Shown piece by piece: positions 31,529 to 41,978 of a stretch of DNA of 64,000 bases; within the stretch, counting starts at the first letter, position 1; the number at the start of each line of letters is the position of its first letter. Location of the stretch: assembly GCA_963804995.1 (NCBI GenBank), contig CAWDSK010000003.1:864001-928000 (forward strand). The letters run 5' to 3'. Source of the stretch: an uncultured Acidobacteriota bacterium. GTDB taxonomy: Bacteria > Acidobacteriota > Terriglobia > UBA7540. Made by a program: the position numbers and the translations under genes. The notes under the pieces were generated by a model, which was not told the origin of the DNA, did no database searches, and worked only from the letters and a program-made list of their open reading frames with translations.

Positions 31529-33757
31529 ATGAAACAAATCAACCGCCGGGAATTTCTCGCCATCGGCACAATTCCAGTTTTGGTTCCGAGCGCGGTTAGC
31601 GGATTGGAACCACGCGCGGTGGAACCCCTGGGCGCTCGCATCACTATGCAACAGGGACGCCCCACTCTGTTTCTGGATGGCCAGCCGGTGCTCCCCGATA
31701 TTTATGCCTTGGGCCATTGCCCCGGTTACCGCTTCGCTTGGGAAGAGAGAGCGCAATACAGCGTCGCCGAATTCGCCCGCGCCGGAGTGCGGCTTTTCCA
31801 GGCGGAGGTGTGGATGGAACATCTCTGGCCCTCCGAGCGCGAGTTCAGCATCGAGCCCGCCCGCAAGCAGGTCCGCGGCATTCTGGACGCCTATCCGGAG
31901 GCTGCCGTCATGCTGCGCCTGCAAGTCAATGCACCGGCCTGGTGGAACGAGGCGCATCCGGAAGAATGCGTGCAGTGGGCGAACGGACCGCTCGAGAATC
32001 CGCACGGCTGGGGACTCCCCGCCTTGGTGCCCATTGAATTTGACCTGCAGCGATCGCCGCGCGCCAGCATGGCTTCCGAGCGTTGGCTCGATGAGTGTGG
32101 CGCGAAAACCCGCGAGTTCTGCCGCGCCCTGGCCGCAACACCCGAGGGCAACGCGCTCTTCTGCATTCAGGTGGCCTCCGGGGTTTACGGCGAATGGCAC
32201 TACTACGGGTTCATCGACAACGAACCCGATACGGGTCCGGCAATGACTCGCCATTTTCGCGAGTGGCTGCGCGCGAAGTACGGCACCGACCAGGCGCTTC
32301 AGGCGGCGTGGAATGGCCGCGACGCAACTCTCACCACGGCCACAGTCCCTGGCACAGAGGAACGGATGCGTTCGGACGGGTATCTCCGCAATCCCCAGCG
32401 CGACCGCAAAGTAATCGACTATCTGCACTGCCAGCACCAGGCCGTCACGGATGCCTTCATCTATTTCTGCCGGACCGTGAAGGAAAGCTGGCCGCGACCC
32501 ATTGTGACCGGCGGCTTTCATGGATACTGGTTCACAATGTTCGGGCGCATGGGCATGGGTGGCCACCTGGAAATCCGGCGGGCGCTGGAATCACCCTACG
32601 TGGACGTGCTGTGCGCGCCGCAATCGTACAACCACCTGGATTTGGGGAAGCCGGGAATGTCGCGCGGTGTGTCTGATTCCGGACGGCTGCACGGCAAGCT
32701 GTGGCTCGACGAAATGGATACTGAGCCGGATATCTGGGATCCGAAAATCGCGGATAAGCAGCAGGCTCGCGCCCAGAGCGTAGCCATTCTCCGCCGCAAC
32801 GTCCTGGGCCCTTTCAGCCGCGGAATGGGCCTCTGGTATTACGACCTGGTTTGCGAACGAGAGCCCCAGCCACCTGGCGGAGCGGCCGGCTGGTGGGATT
32901 CGCAGGAGATGCAGGCGGAAATTGTGAAGCTCGAAAAGCTCCAGGCCGAACGTTACCGGCGGCCCTTCGCGTCCGGGGCCGATGTCCTGCTGGTCTTTGA
33001 CACGGAGTCGTTCTACTACACCGCCCACAATGGCAAACTCGACCCTGTCTCGACGGAGCTGCTGGACGGTACCACGGCTGACCTGTTCCGCAGCGGCTCG
33101 GCATTCGATATGGTGTACCTGTTTGACCTGGAGAAGGTCGATTTGCGGCCTTACAAAGCCGTGATTTTTGCCAACACTTTCTGCCTCGATCCCCGCCAGC
33201 GGAAATTCATCCAAACCCGAGTGGCCCAAGACGGCAGGCACCTGTTCTGGTCCTGCGCCCCGGGCCTGATCGACGGCGCCACCTCGGACCCTGCAGGAAT
33301 CTCAGGGCTGATTGGAATCACGGTGGTTCCGGTCAAGACCTCTCCGGCGCGCGTGGTGGTTCAAACCGCAGGCGCTCCGGCCTGCACGTTCGGTTTCGAC
33401 CGGGCCATCGAACCGCTGTTCGCGCCCGCTGACTCCGCTGCCACGGTACTGGGGAAACTTGAAGGGAGCGAATACGCTGGCCTGGCGCGGAAGAAGGTGG
33501 CCGGTCACACGGCGTGGTTCGCCAGTGTTCCTTTGCGCGATCCCAACTTGCTGCGATATCTGCTCAGACAAGCCGGCGCGCATATTTACAATGATCAGAA
33601 TGATGTCATCTATGCAGGCAGCGGTCTGCTGATCGTGCACTCGGCTGCGGGCGGATCGCGCACCCTGACCCTGCGCAATGGGCGGCGATTTGAAACCCAA
33701 TCGCCCGCCGCCTGTACTTGGGTATTGGACGCCGAAACAGGCGAGCAATTGCTGTAA
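31529..33757 (+). CDS. Tat-exported beta-galactosidase-like (GH-A TIM barrel, GH42-like) protein
   Basis: INRREFL leader; GVYGEWHY, FREWLRAKYGT..ALQAAW and LWLDEMD motifs; C-terminal trimerisation-like domain. Confidence 0.65.
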   Translation: MKQINRREFLAIGTIPVLVPSAVSGLEPRAVEPLGARITMQQGRPTLFLDGQPVLPDIYALGHCPGYRFAWEERAQYSVAEFARAGVRLFQAEVWMEHLWPSEREFSIEPARKQVRGILDAYPEAAVMLRLQVNAPAWWNEAHPEECVQWANGPLENPHGWGLPALVPIEFDLQRSPRASMASERWLDECGAKTREFCRALAATPEGNALFCIQVASGVYGEWHYYGFIDNEPDTGPAMTRHFREWLRAKYGTDQALQAAWNGRDATLTTATVPGTEERMRSDGYLRNPQRDRKVIDYLHCQHQAVTDAFIYFCRTVKESWPRPIVTGGFHGYWFTMFGRMGMGGHLEIRRALESPYVDVLCAPQSYNHLDLGKPGMSRGVSDSGRLHGKLWLDEMDTEPDIWDPKIADKQQARAQSVAILRRNVLGPFSRGMGLWYYDLVCEREPQPPGGAAGWWDSQEMQAEIVKLEKLQAERYRRPFASGADVLLVFDTESFYYTAHNGKLDPVSTELLDGTTADLFRSGSAFDMVYLFDLEKVDLRPYKAVIFANTFCLDPRQRKFIQTRVAQDGRHLFWSCAPGLIDGATSDPAGISGLIGITVVPVKTSPARVVVQTAGAPACTFGFDRAIEPLFAPADSAATVLGKLEGSEYAGLARKKVAGHTAWFASVPLRDPNLLRYLLRQAGAHIYNDQNDVIYAGSGLLIVHSAAGGSRTLTLRNGRRFETQSPAACTWVLDAETGEQLL

Positions 33758-33762
33758 TTCTA

Positions 33763-35172
33763 TTAGGCAGAAAGGGGCGGGCGCTGATGGTGCCAGGTAG
33801 TTTTTGCCTGGAAGGCGCGGCCCACCTCGATGATCGTAGCTTCCTCGAAAGGCTTGCCCACAATCTGCAGGCCTACGGGCAAGTGGTCGTGTCCAAATCC
33901 ACAGGGAACGGAAAGCGCGGGCAATCCGGCAAGATTCCCCGCCGCCTCGATTTCCCCGCCCCCTTTGAAAACCTCGTCCAGGTTCGCGTCGATTGCCGGC
34001 GCCGCAATCAACACGCTGGGCGCCACCACGACGTTGAGAGTGGCAAACAGCTTTGCGACCTCTTGTTGAAGGAGCGAACGGATGCGCTGCGCTTTCAGGT
34101 AGTCCGCGGCCAGGATGGCGCGTCCCGCATAGAGCCCCACCTTACCTCCACCATCGATCAGTTCGCCGGCGTGACCGGTGCGGACGAAATCCTCGAAAGC
34201 GGCGGCCGCTTCGGCAGACACAATGGTGCTGGCCACAGCGTCGTAAGGAAAATCCGGGAGTTTCACCTCGTCAACCTTCGCGCCGGCCGCTTTGAGATCC
34301 GCAATCGCCTTTCGGTAAGCCTGCTCAACTTCCGGCTCACCAACATTTGCGAAATCCTCGCGGATAAATCCAATGCGCTTACCCGTGATGCTAAGGGGAG
34401 CAGTGCGAACGGGCATATGAAATGACTTGCCGGAGGAGGTCGGGTCAGCAGGATCGTGTCCGGCGATGGTGGCCAGCACGAGCCCGCAGTCTTCCGCCGA
34501 GCGGGCCAGGGGGCCGAGCTTATCCATTGACCACGCGACCGTCATGGCTCCCTGCCGGCTAACCAGGCCATAAGTGGGGCGAAGGCCGCTGACTCCGCAG
34601 AAACCCGCGGGCGTCACAATCGAACCCCAGGTTTCCGATCCCAAGGCAAATCCGACGAGGCCAGCAGCCACGGCGGCGGCCGGACCGCTGGAAGAGCCTC
34701 CCGCCCAGCGCGCGAGGTTCCAGGGATTCAGCCCCGGGCCTGACAACGAAGCGTTCGCGGACCGGTACCCGGCGGCCCCTCCCAACTCCACCATGGCCAG
34801 CTTGGCAACCAGGATCGCACCGGCCTCATGCAAGCGCCGCACCACAGTGGCATCCTCAGTAGGCACCTGCTCCGCGTAGTGGGAGCAGCCCCAGGTGGTC
34901 TTAATACCTTTGGTGGCCAGCAGATCTTTCAGGCCATAGGGAATTCCGTACAGCGGGCCCCGGAATTTTTTCGCCGCCATTTCTTTGGCCGCCTGCTGGG
35001 CCTGCTCGCGGGCCAAGTCAGCCGTGATCGTCACGACCGCGTTCAGCTTGGGGCCGAGGCGATCGAGGCGATCGAGATAAGCATCGGTTAGTTCGACTGG
35101 ATGCAACTTGCCGGTGCGCAGGCCGCGCCCTAATTCCGCTACCGTCGAATAGAGAACGTCTTCACTTAGCAT
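33763..35172 (-). CDS. Amidase signature family protein (GatA/AtzE-like)
   Basis: GLKDL, GGSSSG, GSETWGSI and GLRPTYG motifs. Confidence 0.9.
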   Translation of the reverse strand: MLSEDVLYSTVAELGRGLRTGKLHPVELTDAYLDRLDRLGPKLNAVVTITADLAREQAQQAAKEMAAKKFRGPLYGIPYGLKDLLATKGIKTTWGCSHYAEQVPTEDATVVRRLHEAGAILVAKLAMVELGGAAGYRSANASLSGPGLNPWNLARWAGGSSSGPAAAVAAGLVGFALGSETWGSIVTPAGFCGVSGLRPTYGLVSRQGAMTVAWSMDKLGPLARSAEDCGLVLATIAGHDPADPTSSGKSFHMPVRTAPLSITGKRIGFIREDFANVGEPEVEQAYRKAIADLKAAGAKVDEVKLPDFPYDAVASTIVSAEAAAAFEDFVRTGHAGELIDGGGKVGLYAGRAILAADYLKAQRIRSLLQQEVAKLFATLNVVVAPSVLIAAPAIDANLDEVFKGGGEIEAAGNLAGLPALSVPCGFGHDHLPVGLQIVGKPFEEATIIEVGRAFQAKTTWHHQRPPLSA

Positions 35173-35268
35173 CCCGATTGCTCTGATGTGGAGACTGTGG
35201 AATTTGTCCCGATCTTATCGGGACGCAATTTGGCGCGCCAAACTTGCTGCGACACCCCGCGCTCTTGG

Positions 35269-35566
35269 CTATTTCGGACGGAATACCATGGCCGGTTCAA
35301 TCGCAGGATCAACCTGAATCTCCCGGATTTTGGCGACCGCTTTCCGGTCTTCCTGGATGCCGCGTCGCAGCTCCGCCAATTCCGGCGCGCCCAGACGCGC
35401 CGCGTTGCCGTTGGTCGCGAGTCGAACTAAGGCCTCAACGTTTGCGTCCTCAGTTTTCCGGAGGCCTCGCCTGCGGCGAAGCTATGGCCGACGCCGCCAC
35501 ACCCAAACCCAGAAGCTTGGCAAAGTCGCGCCGCGAAGCCCCGCGCCGCCTGTCCCGTGAATTCAT
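35269..35566 (-). CDS. Small Tat-signal amidase-partner protein (GatC/AtzG-like); +1 frameshift near 35455
   Basis: Reconstructed MNSRD..SRRDFAKLLG...KTEDANVEALVRLA...IREIQVDPAIEPAMVFRPK*, immediately upstream of the amidase. Confidence 0.6.
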
Positions 35567-35860
35567 GCTGTCACCTGACCCTAACTCTGCGTCATCATAA
35601 AGAAACCCAGGCCGTTGTGCAAGTCGAGGCGACTTCACGCCGCCATATGGGGAGCCAGTCCAGGGCGGACGCGTTTCACATGCTCACGCTGGCGACATGA
35701 GGTTGCTGCGGGGCTATCGCGCATGAGAAAATCCCACGGTCAGCGCGTGTCGCCCACCATTAAGATCGGCGAATTCGCTTTGAGTTTTGCGCTTTGCATT
35801 TTGCCCTTCTCTTGCAACTCTGCCGCGCCGCGCTCTTTGCATTCCGGCTAAGGGACGCAC

Positions 35861-36799
35861 ATGATGAAGAATGGTCAGCGTAATCGAACACCGTCCACCT
35901 ACCTGCCGGCCAGCCTGATTCTGTGCTCTGCTGTACTCATCATGGCCGCATGTTTATTCGCGGCTGAGAACCGCGAGATTTCCGCTCCCTGGAATTCCTC
36001 GATTCAAATTCGCGGCCCGTGGACTGATTCCGGCGGTTTCACTGAGTACCAGACACTGAGCGAGTATCAGCCGGGATGGCTTCCGGTGCGGATTATCCTT
36101 CCTGCACATCTCGAAACCGGCCACCGGTATCCAATTCTCTATCTCCTCCCTGTTGAAACCGAAGCGACGGAAAAGATGAATTGGGGGAGCGCCCTGTTGG
36201 AGGCGCGCAAACTGGATTTCGCGAACCACTACGGCTTCATCTGTGTGGCGCCGGTCTTCGCCCAGATACCCTGGTATGCCGACCACCCCACGGACCCGTT
36301 GATGCGCCAGGAGAGCTATTTTCTGAAGGTCATTGTTCCCTGGGCGGAGCACTTTCTGCCCGCGCGTAACGATCCCGCCGGCCGCCTGTTGCTAGGATTC
36401 AGCAAATCCGGTAACGGGGCGTTTTCATTGCTGCTTCGCTACCCGGAGCGATTCGGATGCGCGGCCGCTTGGGATGCGCCGCTCGTCCAAGCATCGCCCG
36501 ACCGTTATGGAATGGATAAGGTGTACGCCACACAGGCGAATTATGAAAACTACAGTTTCCTGCCACTCCTGGCGCAACGGGCCGAGGAGTTGCGCCGGAC
36601 GCGCAGCCGGCGGCTTACCGTCCTAGGGTACAACGTCTTTCAAGACCAAATCCAGCAGGCGGGTGATGAGCTGCAAAAGCTGGGAGTGCCGCATTTCTTC
36701 CATAACGATACTCAACGAAAACACGCCTGGGATAGCGGCTGGTTGTCGGAAGCCGTCCAGGATTTGGCATCGTGCAGTTCTGAGTTGGGAGGAAAGTAG
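35861..36799 (+). CDS. Secreted alpha/beta hydrolase (esterase family)
   Basis: YPILYLLP, GFSKSG nucleophile elbow, C-terminal HAW. Confidence 0.75.
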   Translation: MMKNGQRNRTPSTYLPASLILCSAVLIMAACLFAAENREISAPWNSSIQIRGPWTDSGGFTEYQTLSEYQPGWLPVRIILPAHLETGHRYPILYLLPVETEATEKMNWGSALLEARKLDFANHYGFICVAPVFAQIPWYADHPTDPLMRQESYFLKVIVPWAEHFLPARNDPAGRLLLGFSKSGNGAFSLLLRYPERFGCAAAWDAPLVQASPDRYGMDKVYATQANYENYSFLPLLAQRAEELRRTRSRRLTVLGYNVFQDQIQQAGDELQKLGVPHFFHNDTQRKHAWDSGWLSEAVQDLASCSSELGGK

Positions 36800-37072
36800 A
36801 AGGGCTCGGGGGCTAGGGGCTGGGCAGTACGATTCGGCCCACGGCACAGCGCGGGCTGCGGCCCTCTCGCTTGCTCCGACTCTGTCGGGACTCGCACAAA
36901 GCGCTCGCTGCCCTCTGCTTTCTTCCTTCTGTTTTTCCTGGCGCGCTGACGGGTGACACTCAATATCGTAGTTGCGAACTGGCCGGTGGGGTGTACACTG
37001 CTGATGCCCGGATGGAAATCCTGGGCCCCAGATTTCGCCTCGTATACAACTTCGTTCTTCAAGGGGTCACTG

Positions 37073-37930
37073 ATGCTCAAAATTACCCGCCGTGAATTTC
37101 TCGGTTCTGCCGCAGTCGCCGGATTATGCTCTCAAATGGTCTTCGCCAAGAAAGGGAAACTGCATATTGGGGTGACGGACTGGAATCTAAAGCTGGGCGC
37201 CAACCCAGATGCGGTGCCGCTCGCTGCCAAGCTTGGATTCGAGGGCGTACAGATGTCCTTCGGGCGAAAGCTTGTGGACGGCAAGCTGCCCACCGACAAT
37301 CCGGAAGTGATCGCGCGCTACCTCAGCCTATCCAAACAAAATAAGATTCCCATCGACGGAACCTGCGTCGACATGCTGCACGTCAATGGCTTGAAGAGTG
37401 ACCCGCTGGGCCCGAAGTGGGTACTCAACTCCATTCGACTGACCAAGGACTTGGGCACACAGGTACTTCTGCTGCCCTTCTTCGGCCGCTGGGCGCTGGA
37501 GACTAAAGACGAGATGGACCACGTCGGCGATGCGCTGCGCGACCTCGGAGTGGAAGCCACCAAGGCGGGAGTTATCCTCGCCCTTGAGGACACCATCTCC
37601 GCCGAGGACAACGTCCGCATCATGGAGCGGTCACAATCCCCCAGCGTGCAGGTTTACTACGACGTGGGCAATTCCACGAAGGCCGGGTTCGATCCGGTGA
37701 AGGAGATTCGCTGGCTCGGCAAAGACCGGATTTGCCAATTCCATCTGAAGGATAATCCCCACTACCTCGGGGATGGAGATATTAAGTTTGCGCCCATCAT
37801 GCAAGCCATTCGCGATATTGGCTTCGCGGGGTTCGCGAATCTGGAGACCGATGCGCCTTCGAAGGATATAGAGGCCGACATGCGCAAGAATTTGACTTAC
37901 ATCCGCGGCGTCATGGGGGGAAAGGCGTAG
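37073..37930 (+). CDS. Tat-exported sugar phosphate isomerase/epimerase-like TIM barrel (AP endonuclease family 2)
   Basis: ITRREFLG leader; LALED, YYDVGN, FHLKD, NLET. Confidence 0.85.
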   Translation: MLKITRREFLGSAAVAGLCSQMVFAKKGKLHIGVTDWNLKLGANPDAVPLAAKLGFEGVQMSFGRKLVDGKLPTDNPEVIARYLSLSKQNKIPIDGTCVDMLHVNGLKSDPLGPKWVLNSIRLTKDLGTQVLLLPFFGRWALETKDEMDHVGDALRDLGVEATKAGVILALEDTISAEDNVRIMERSQSPSVQVYYDVGNSTKAGFDPVKEIRWLGKDRICQFHLKDNPHYLGDGDIKFAPIMQAIRDIGFAGFANLETDAPSKDIEADMRKNLTYIRGVMGGKA

Positions 37931-37990
37931 GCGGAAAGCGGAAGGCAGTAGGCAGAAAGCAGAAGGCAGTAGGCGGAAGGCAGAAGGCAG
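37923..37990 (+). repeat. Heptameric tandem repeat (AGGCAGW-like, ~9-10 units)
   Basis: aggcgga aagcgga aggcagt aggcaga aagcaga aggcagt aggcgga aggcaga aggcag. Confidence 0.8.
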
Positions 37991-38027
37991 CGCCCGTTTC
38001 TTGCGAACCCCGGGCGCACAGGAGCAT

Positions 38028-38114
38028 GTAGTGCAGACCCGTTCTTTAGGTCTGCGGTTCTTCCCTCCTATTGACACCGAAAAGCCGCGGACCTACCGAA
38101 CAGGTCCGCGCTAC
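38028..38114. repeat. GTAG-type REP doublet (family of 18435)
   Basis: GTAGTGCAGACC...GGTCTGCGG / CCGCGGACC...GGTCCGCGCTAC. Confidence 0.75.
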
Positions 38115-38118
38115 ACGC

Positions 38119-39369
38119 TTATTCCTTCAATCCCACCAAATGTGGTTCAAGGACTTCTTCCGACCGCATCAACTCCTCCCAGGTGAACTCCGCGAGCTTG
38201 TAGGCGGCGGTGCGGCCGAGTATCGTTGTCAGGTTGCTTCGCACCGAGGGCGCTATGGTTGAGTAATCCAGCCGCCCGGAAGTGACCTGCTCATGGAAGG
38301 TCGCAATATTGCGGACGGCGCCCGTGGTGTACAGCATTCCGTCGCGCCCCCCCGCGTAATTCGCCTTGCCTTTGATTCCGACATCGCCCGCGTAATGCGT
38401 GTCGATGACGCCTTCCGTGCCGAACATCTGGCAGCGGATATCGTCCGCGCCCTCGCCATACTGCTTGGAGTAGAAAGTGACGAGCACATCATCTGCGAAC
38501 CAGAAAGTCACCGAGAAGTGGTCCCACACGTCCCCGAGGGTGCGGGACTTGAGGCCGCCCGTTCCCAGCGCCTTCAACGGATGCTGGTCAAGAACCCAGG
38601 TCATGACGTCGAGCGAGTGGATGTTCTGCTCGGTGATGATGTCGCCGGAAAGCGCCCGGCTCACTCCCCAAGCGCGCAGGCGGAGTTCGGAATCCTGGGG
38701 ATTTGCCTCCAGGTCCTTCACCGGGCGCGTCCAGGGAGAGCCCGCCACGTACGATACCTCGCCGTTGATGATGCGGCCAATGCTGCCTTCGGTCTGCACG
38801 CGCCGGATGGCCTCCTGATAAAAGGGATCGGTGCGCGTTTGGAAATCGATCAGGTAGGCAAGCTTCTTCGCTTCCGCTTTCTTCGCGCTCGCCTCAATGC
38901 TGCGGCAGCCGGGAACGTCCACCGCCATGGGTTTGGCGAGGTACACGTGGGCGCCGGCCTCCACCGCCGCGGCAGCCTGCTCATGATGAAAGTACGGTGG
39001 GCTCTCGATGACGACCGCGTCCACCTTCGCCTCCAGCAATCTTTGGTAACCCTTCAGCCCCGTGAAGCGCCGGGCGGCAGGCAGGTTGAACTTGTCACCA
39101 AAGGCGTTCACCCGGTCCGGGAAATAATCCGCGGCGGCGGTGATTTCGTATCCGCCATGCTTTTGGAAGAGGTTGGCGATCCACGTCCCGCGACCGCCGC
39201 AGCCAATCGAGCCCAGGGAAATTTTGGAACTCACCTCTGACCCGCGAGCCAGTCCCGGCTTCATAATGCTGAATGACATGGCAGCGCCACCCGCCCCCGC
39301 AAAGAATTGGCGGCGATTCAGGCCGCTGCGGTCATCGTCCCGGCTAGGCTTTCCCGATTTATTCCTCAT
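38119..39369 (-). CDS. Tat-exported Gfo/Idh/MocA oxidoreductase
   Basis: LNRRQFF leader; IGCGGRG, HVYLAKP, EQNIHSLD. Confidence 0.9.
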   Translation of the reverse strand: MRNKSGKPSRDDDRSGLNRRQFFAGAGGAAMSFSIMKPGLARGSEVSSKISLGSIGCGGRGTWIANLFQKHGGYEITAAADYFPDRVNAFGDKFNLPAARRFTGLKGYQRLLEAKVDAVVIESPPYFHHEQAAAAVEAGAHVYLAKPMAVDVPGCRSIEASAKKAEAKKLAYLIDFQTRTDPFYQEAIRRVQTEGSIGRIINGEVSYVAGSPWTRPVKDLEANPQDSELRLRAWGVSRALSGDIITEQNIHSLDVMTWVLDQHPLKALGTGGLKSRTLGDVWDHFSVTFWFADDVLVTFYSKQYGEGADDIRCQMFGTEGVIDTHYAGDVGIKGKANYAGGRDGMLYTTGAVRNIATFHEQVTSGRLDYSTIAPSVRSNLTTILGRTAAYKLAEFTWEELMRSEEVLEPHLVGLKE

Positions 39370-39511
39370 TTTAAGACCTCCTGGCTATGAAGCGATTTTT
39401 GCGTGGGCAGAGTAACACCGGAGGGAGCCAATGTCTATGAGGAGCGGGTAGCACCGCACGACACGGCCGACTTGGAGTTTCGACTTGCTTTTGCGTATGG
39501 GGCGCACTGTG

Positions 39512-39814
39512 CTACCTGTCACCCCCCGCGATCGCCCCCACCACCAGAAAGGGTTCTACTCCTTTCGCGACGGCGTCAGGCAGTGGCGAGTCCGGGGATT
39601 CGTGCGACAGATCCTCTTCACAAGCAAAGAACCTTATAAACGGCCGGCGCTTTAGCGTCACGTGGTCGCGCATCGTCCCGCACAGCACGGGATAGCGGGC
39701 CTCGAGCGCGTCAAGCACCGAGCGTTGCGAGACTACGCCCTGGACTTCGAGCTTCACTTCGCCCTCAACGCCCGCCAGCGTCCGCAAATGTTGGGGAAGC
39801 ACGACTCGGATCAT
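39512..39814 (-). CDS. MoaD/ThiS ubiquitin-like protein
   Basis: [15 protein letters not shown]...VGAIAGG(DR); ATGA overlap with the upstream gene; one more G in the G6 run would give a terminal GG-stop. Confidence 0.85.
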   Translation of the reverse strand: MIRVVLPQHLRTLAGVEGEVKLEVQGVVSQRSVLDALEARYPVLCGTMRDHVTLKRRPFIRFFACEEDLSHESPDSPLPDAVAKGVEPFLVVGAIAGGDR

Positions 39815-40989
39815 TGCAGCGTCTGAACCTCCACAGAAAGTACCGCGGGAAGATCGCGGACGGCAGGCGCCCAGGTGTCTCCGGCATCCGCCGAAACATA
39901 CACCTGTCCGCCCGTGGTGCCGAAGTACACGCCGCAAGAATCAAGTTGGTCGACGGCCATCGCGTCGCGCAGCACGTCGACGTAGCAATCGCGCTGCGGC
40001 AGACCCTTGGAGAGCGCCTCCCACTCGTTTCCGCCCGTGCGGCTGCGGTAGACGCGCAGTTTGCCCTCCGGCGGATAGTGCTCGGAATCGCTCTTGATGG
40101 GGACCACGTAAATCGTCTCCGGCTCGTGGGCGTGGACGTCGATGACGAAGCCGAAGTCAGTGGGCAGGTTCCCGCTGACCTCCTGCCACAAATCGCCGGC
40201 GTTGTCGCTGCGCAAGACGTCCCAGTGCTTCTGCATGAACAGCACGTTGGGACGCGACGGGTGCAAGGCGATGCGATGCACGCAGTGGCCGACCTCGGCC
40301 TTCGGGTCTGGAATGTATTGGGACCGCAGTCCCTGGTTGATCGGTTTCCAGGTCTTGCCACCGTCGTCGGTGCGGAAGGCGCCCGCGGCCGAGATGGCAA
40401 CGTAAATCCGGTTGGGGTTGCTGGGATCAAGAAGAATGGTGTGCAGGCCCATTCCGCCCGCGCCCGGCTGCCACTTGGGACCGGTGCCGTGGCCGCGCAG
40501 TCCGGAGAGTTCCTGCCACGAATGGGCGCCGTCGGTCGAGCGGAATATGGCGGCGTCTTCCACTCCGGCGTAAACGGTGTCCGGATCGGTCAGCGACGGT
40601 TCAAGGTGCCAGACGCGCTTGAATTCCCAGGGGTGCTGCGTGCCGTCGTACCACTGATGCGTGGTGAGGGGTTTGCCGGTTTCAGGAGTGGTGTCGTAGA
40701 CGAATTTGTTGCTCTCGCCCTGAGGCATTTGGCCGGGCACAACGGTGACCCCGCCTCCGGGCGCCTCCCACGTTTTGCCGCCGTCACTCGAGCGCTGGAT
40801 CACCTGCCCAAACCAGCCGCTGGTTTGCGACGCATACAACCGGTTCGGATCCGCGGGCGAGCCCTTGACGTGATAGATCTCCCATCCCGCAAAGTGTGGA
40901 CCACTGACCTCCCACTGTTGGCGCTTGCCGTCCGATGTCAGGATAAACGCACCTTTGCGTGTGCCAACCAGTACTCGTACACTGCTCAT
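39811..40989 (-). CDS. BNR/Asp-box beta-propeller protein (sialidase/sortilin-like)
   Basis: Repeated S/TxDxGxTW Asp-boxes; [13 protein letters not shown]-terminus. Confidence 0.85.
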   Translation of the reverse strand: MSSVRVLVGTRKGAFILTSDGKRQQWEVSGPHFAGWEIYHVKGSPADPNRLYASQTSGWFGQVIQRSSDGGKTWEAPGGGVTVVPGQMPQGESNKFVYDTTPETGKPLTTHQWYDGTQHPWEFKRVWHLEPSLTDPDTVYAGVEDAAIFRSTDGAHSWQELSGLRGHGTGPKWQPGAGGMGLHTILLDPSNPNRIYVAISAAGAFRTDDGGKTWKPINQGLRSQYIPDPKAEVGHCVHRIALHPSRPNVLFMQKHWDVLRSDNAGDLWQEVSGNLPTDFGFVIDVHAHEPETIYVVPIKSDSEHYPPEGKLRVYRSRTGGNEWEALSKGLPQRDCYVDVLRDAMAVDQLDSCGVYFGTTGGQVYVSADAGDTWAPAVRDLPAVLSVEVQTLQ

Positions 40990-41138
40990 TCCTCTCTCCT
41001 TTCTGGGCTTTGCCCCGATGAAGTCTAGGTAGGGGCGAGCGGCGCTCGCCCTGGGCCGAATGCTATTCGGCCCAACACAAGCAGGGTAGCGGACGAAAAG
41101 CCGCAGAGTCTCTGGGATGCGCTACCCCTCTTCCATAA

Positions 41139-41687
41139 TCACGCATGCGAATGAATATGCCAGGGCACGCGTCGGGTTCGTGCCAACTTACGAATAGCGC
41201 CCCTGCTTTCATACTTGGGCAGGAGTGGAGTCGAATCCCGTTCCCGCCACCGCCGCCGCGCTTCGGCCAGAACCTCTTCGCGATGCTTCGCCATTTCCTC
41301 GATGAGAGCGCAAGGCGCCCCCGTCGCTTCGTGCCGCGCCCCCCAAATTAGCAATTCCAGAAGCACCGGCGCCAGGTCAATTCCCTTCTCCGTCAGCCGG
41401 TAGTTCACCCGTCTTCGATCATTCTCTTGTTGCTCGGCGGTAATGATTCCCGAGGCCTCGAGTTTCTTCAGGCGGTCTGCCAGGATGTTCGTGGCAATCC
41501 CTTCGCCCGCCTCCACGAACTGTCGAAATGTCCGTAATCCGCGGACCATCAAATCGCGGATGATCAGCAACGACCAGCGATCTCCCAGCATTTCAAGGGA
41601 GACACTTACCGGACACTCTGAGCGACGTTTTGACTTGGACTGCCCTGGCACTAGCGACAAAATATCCGAACTACTTGCGGAATGCAA
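41139..41687 (-). CDS. HxlR-family transcriptional regulator (start uncertain)
   Basis: CPVSVSLEMLGDRWSLLIIRDL, LADRLKKLE, YRLTEKGIDL. Confidence 0.88.
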   Translation of the reverse strand: MHSASSSDILSLVPGQSKSKRRSECPVSVSLEMLGDRWSLLIIRDLMVRGLRTFRQFVEAGEGIATNILADRLKKLEASGIITAEQQENDRRRVNYRLTEKGIDLAPVLLELLIWGARHEATGAPCALIEEMAKHREEVLAEARRRWRERDSTPLLPKYESRGAIRKLARTRRVPWHIHSHA

Positions 41688-41855
41688 GCGATAAAGTAAG
41701 GTATGACTATCCTGTGGTCGGTCCCCTCGGTTCAGGACGAAACGCGGGGATTGCAGTCGAGGTCAGGGTTCCACTGAAGGCCCGAAGTCCTTAAGGGCTA
41801 GGCAGTTAGCCCGGCATTCTCACCCGCAATGGTGGGGGCGTGGTAAGAAGTCCCG

Positions 41856-41978
41856 CTAGCAGGTTGCTGAAAAATCCTCCCGGTGCGACGTAGCGGCGGG
41901 TTTACCCCGCCATATCCGATTTCAACAGGGGATGGCGGGATGAACCCGCCGCTACGTCGTTTTTCGTCAGCCCGCTAG
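41856..41978. mobile_element. CTAG-bounded MITE-like element around a GTAG REP doublet
   Basis: CTAGCAGGTTGCTGAAAAA ... TTTTTCGTCAGCCCGCTAG; inner GTAGCGGCGGGTTTACCCCGCCAT / ATGGCGGGATGAACCCGCCGCTAC. Confidence 0.65.

Noticed and set aside
39814..41028. 404-aa plus-strand ORF and similar antisense ORFs (e.g. 7939-8823, 31460-32566, 38293-39240, 50043-51146, 63166-63990)
   Set aside because: Shadow frames opposite well-supported genes in GC-rich DNA.
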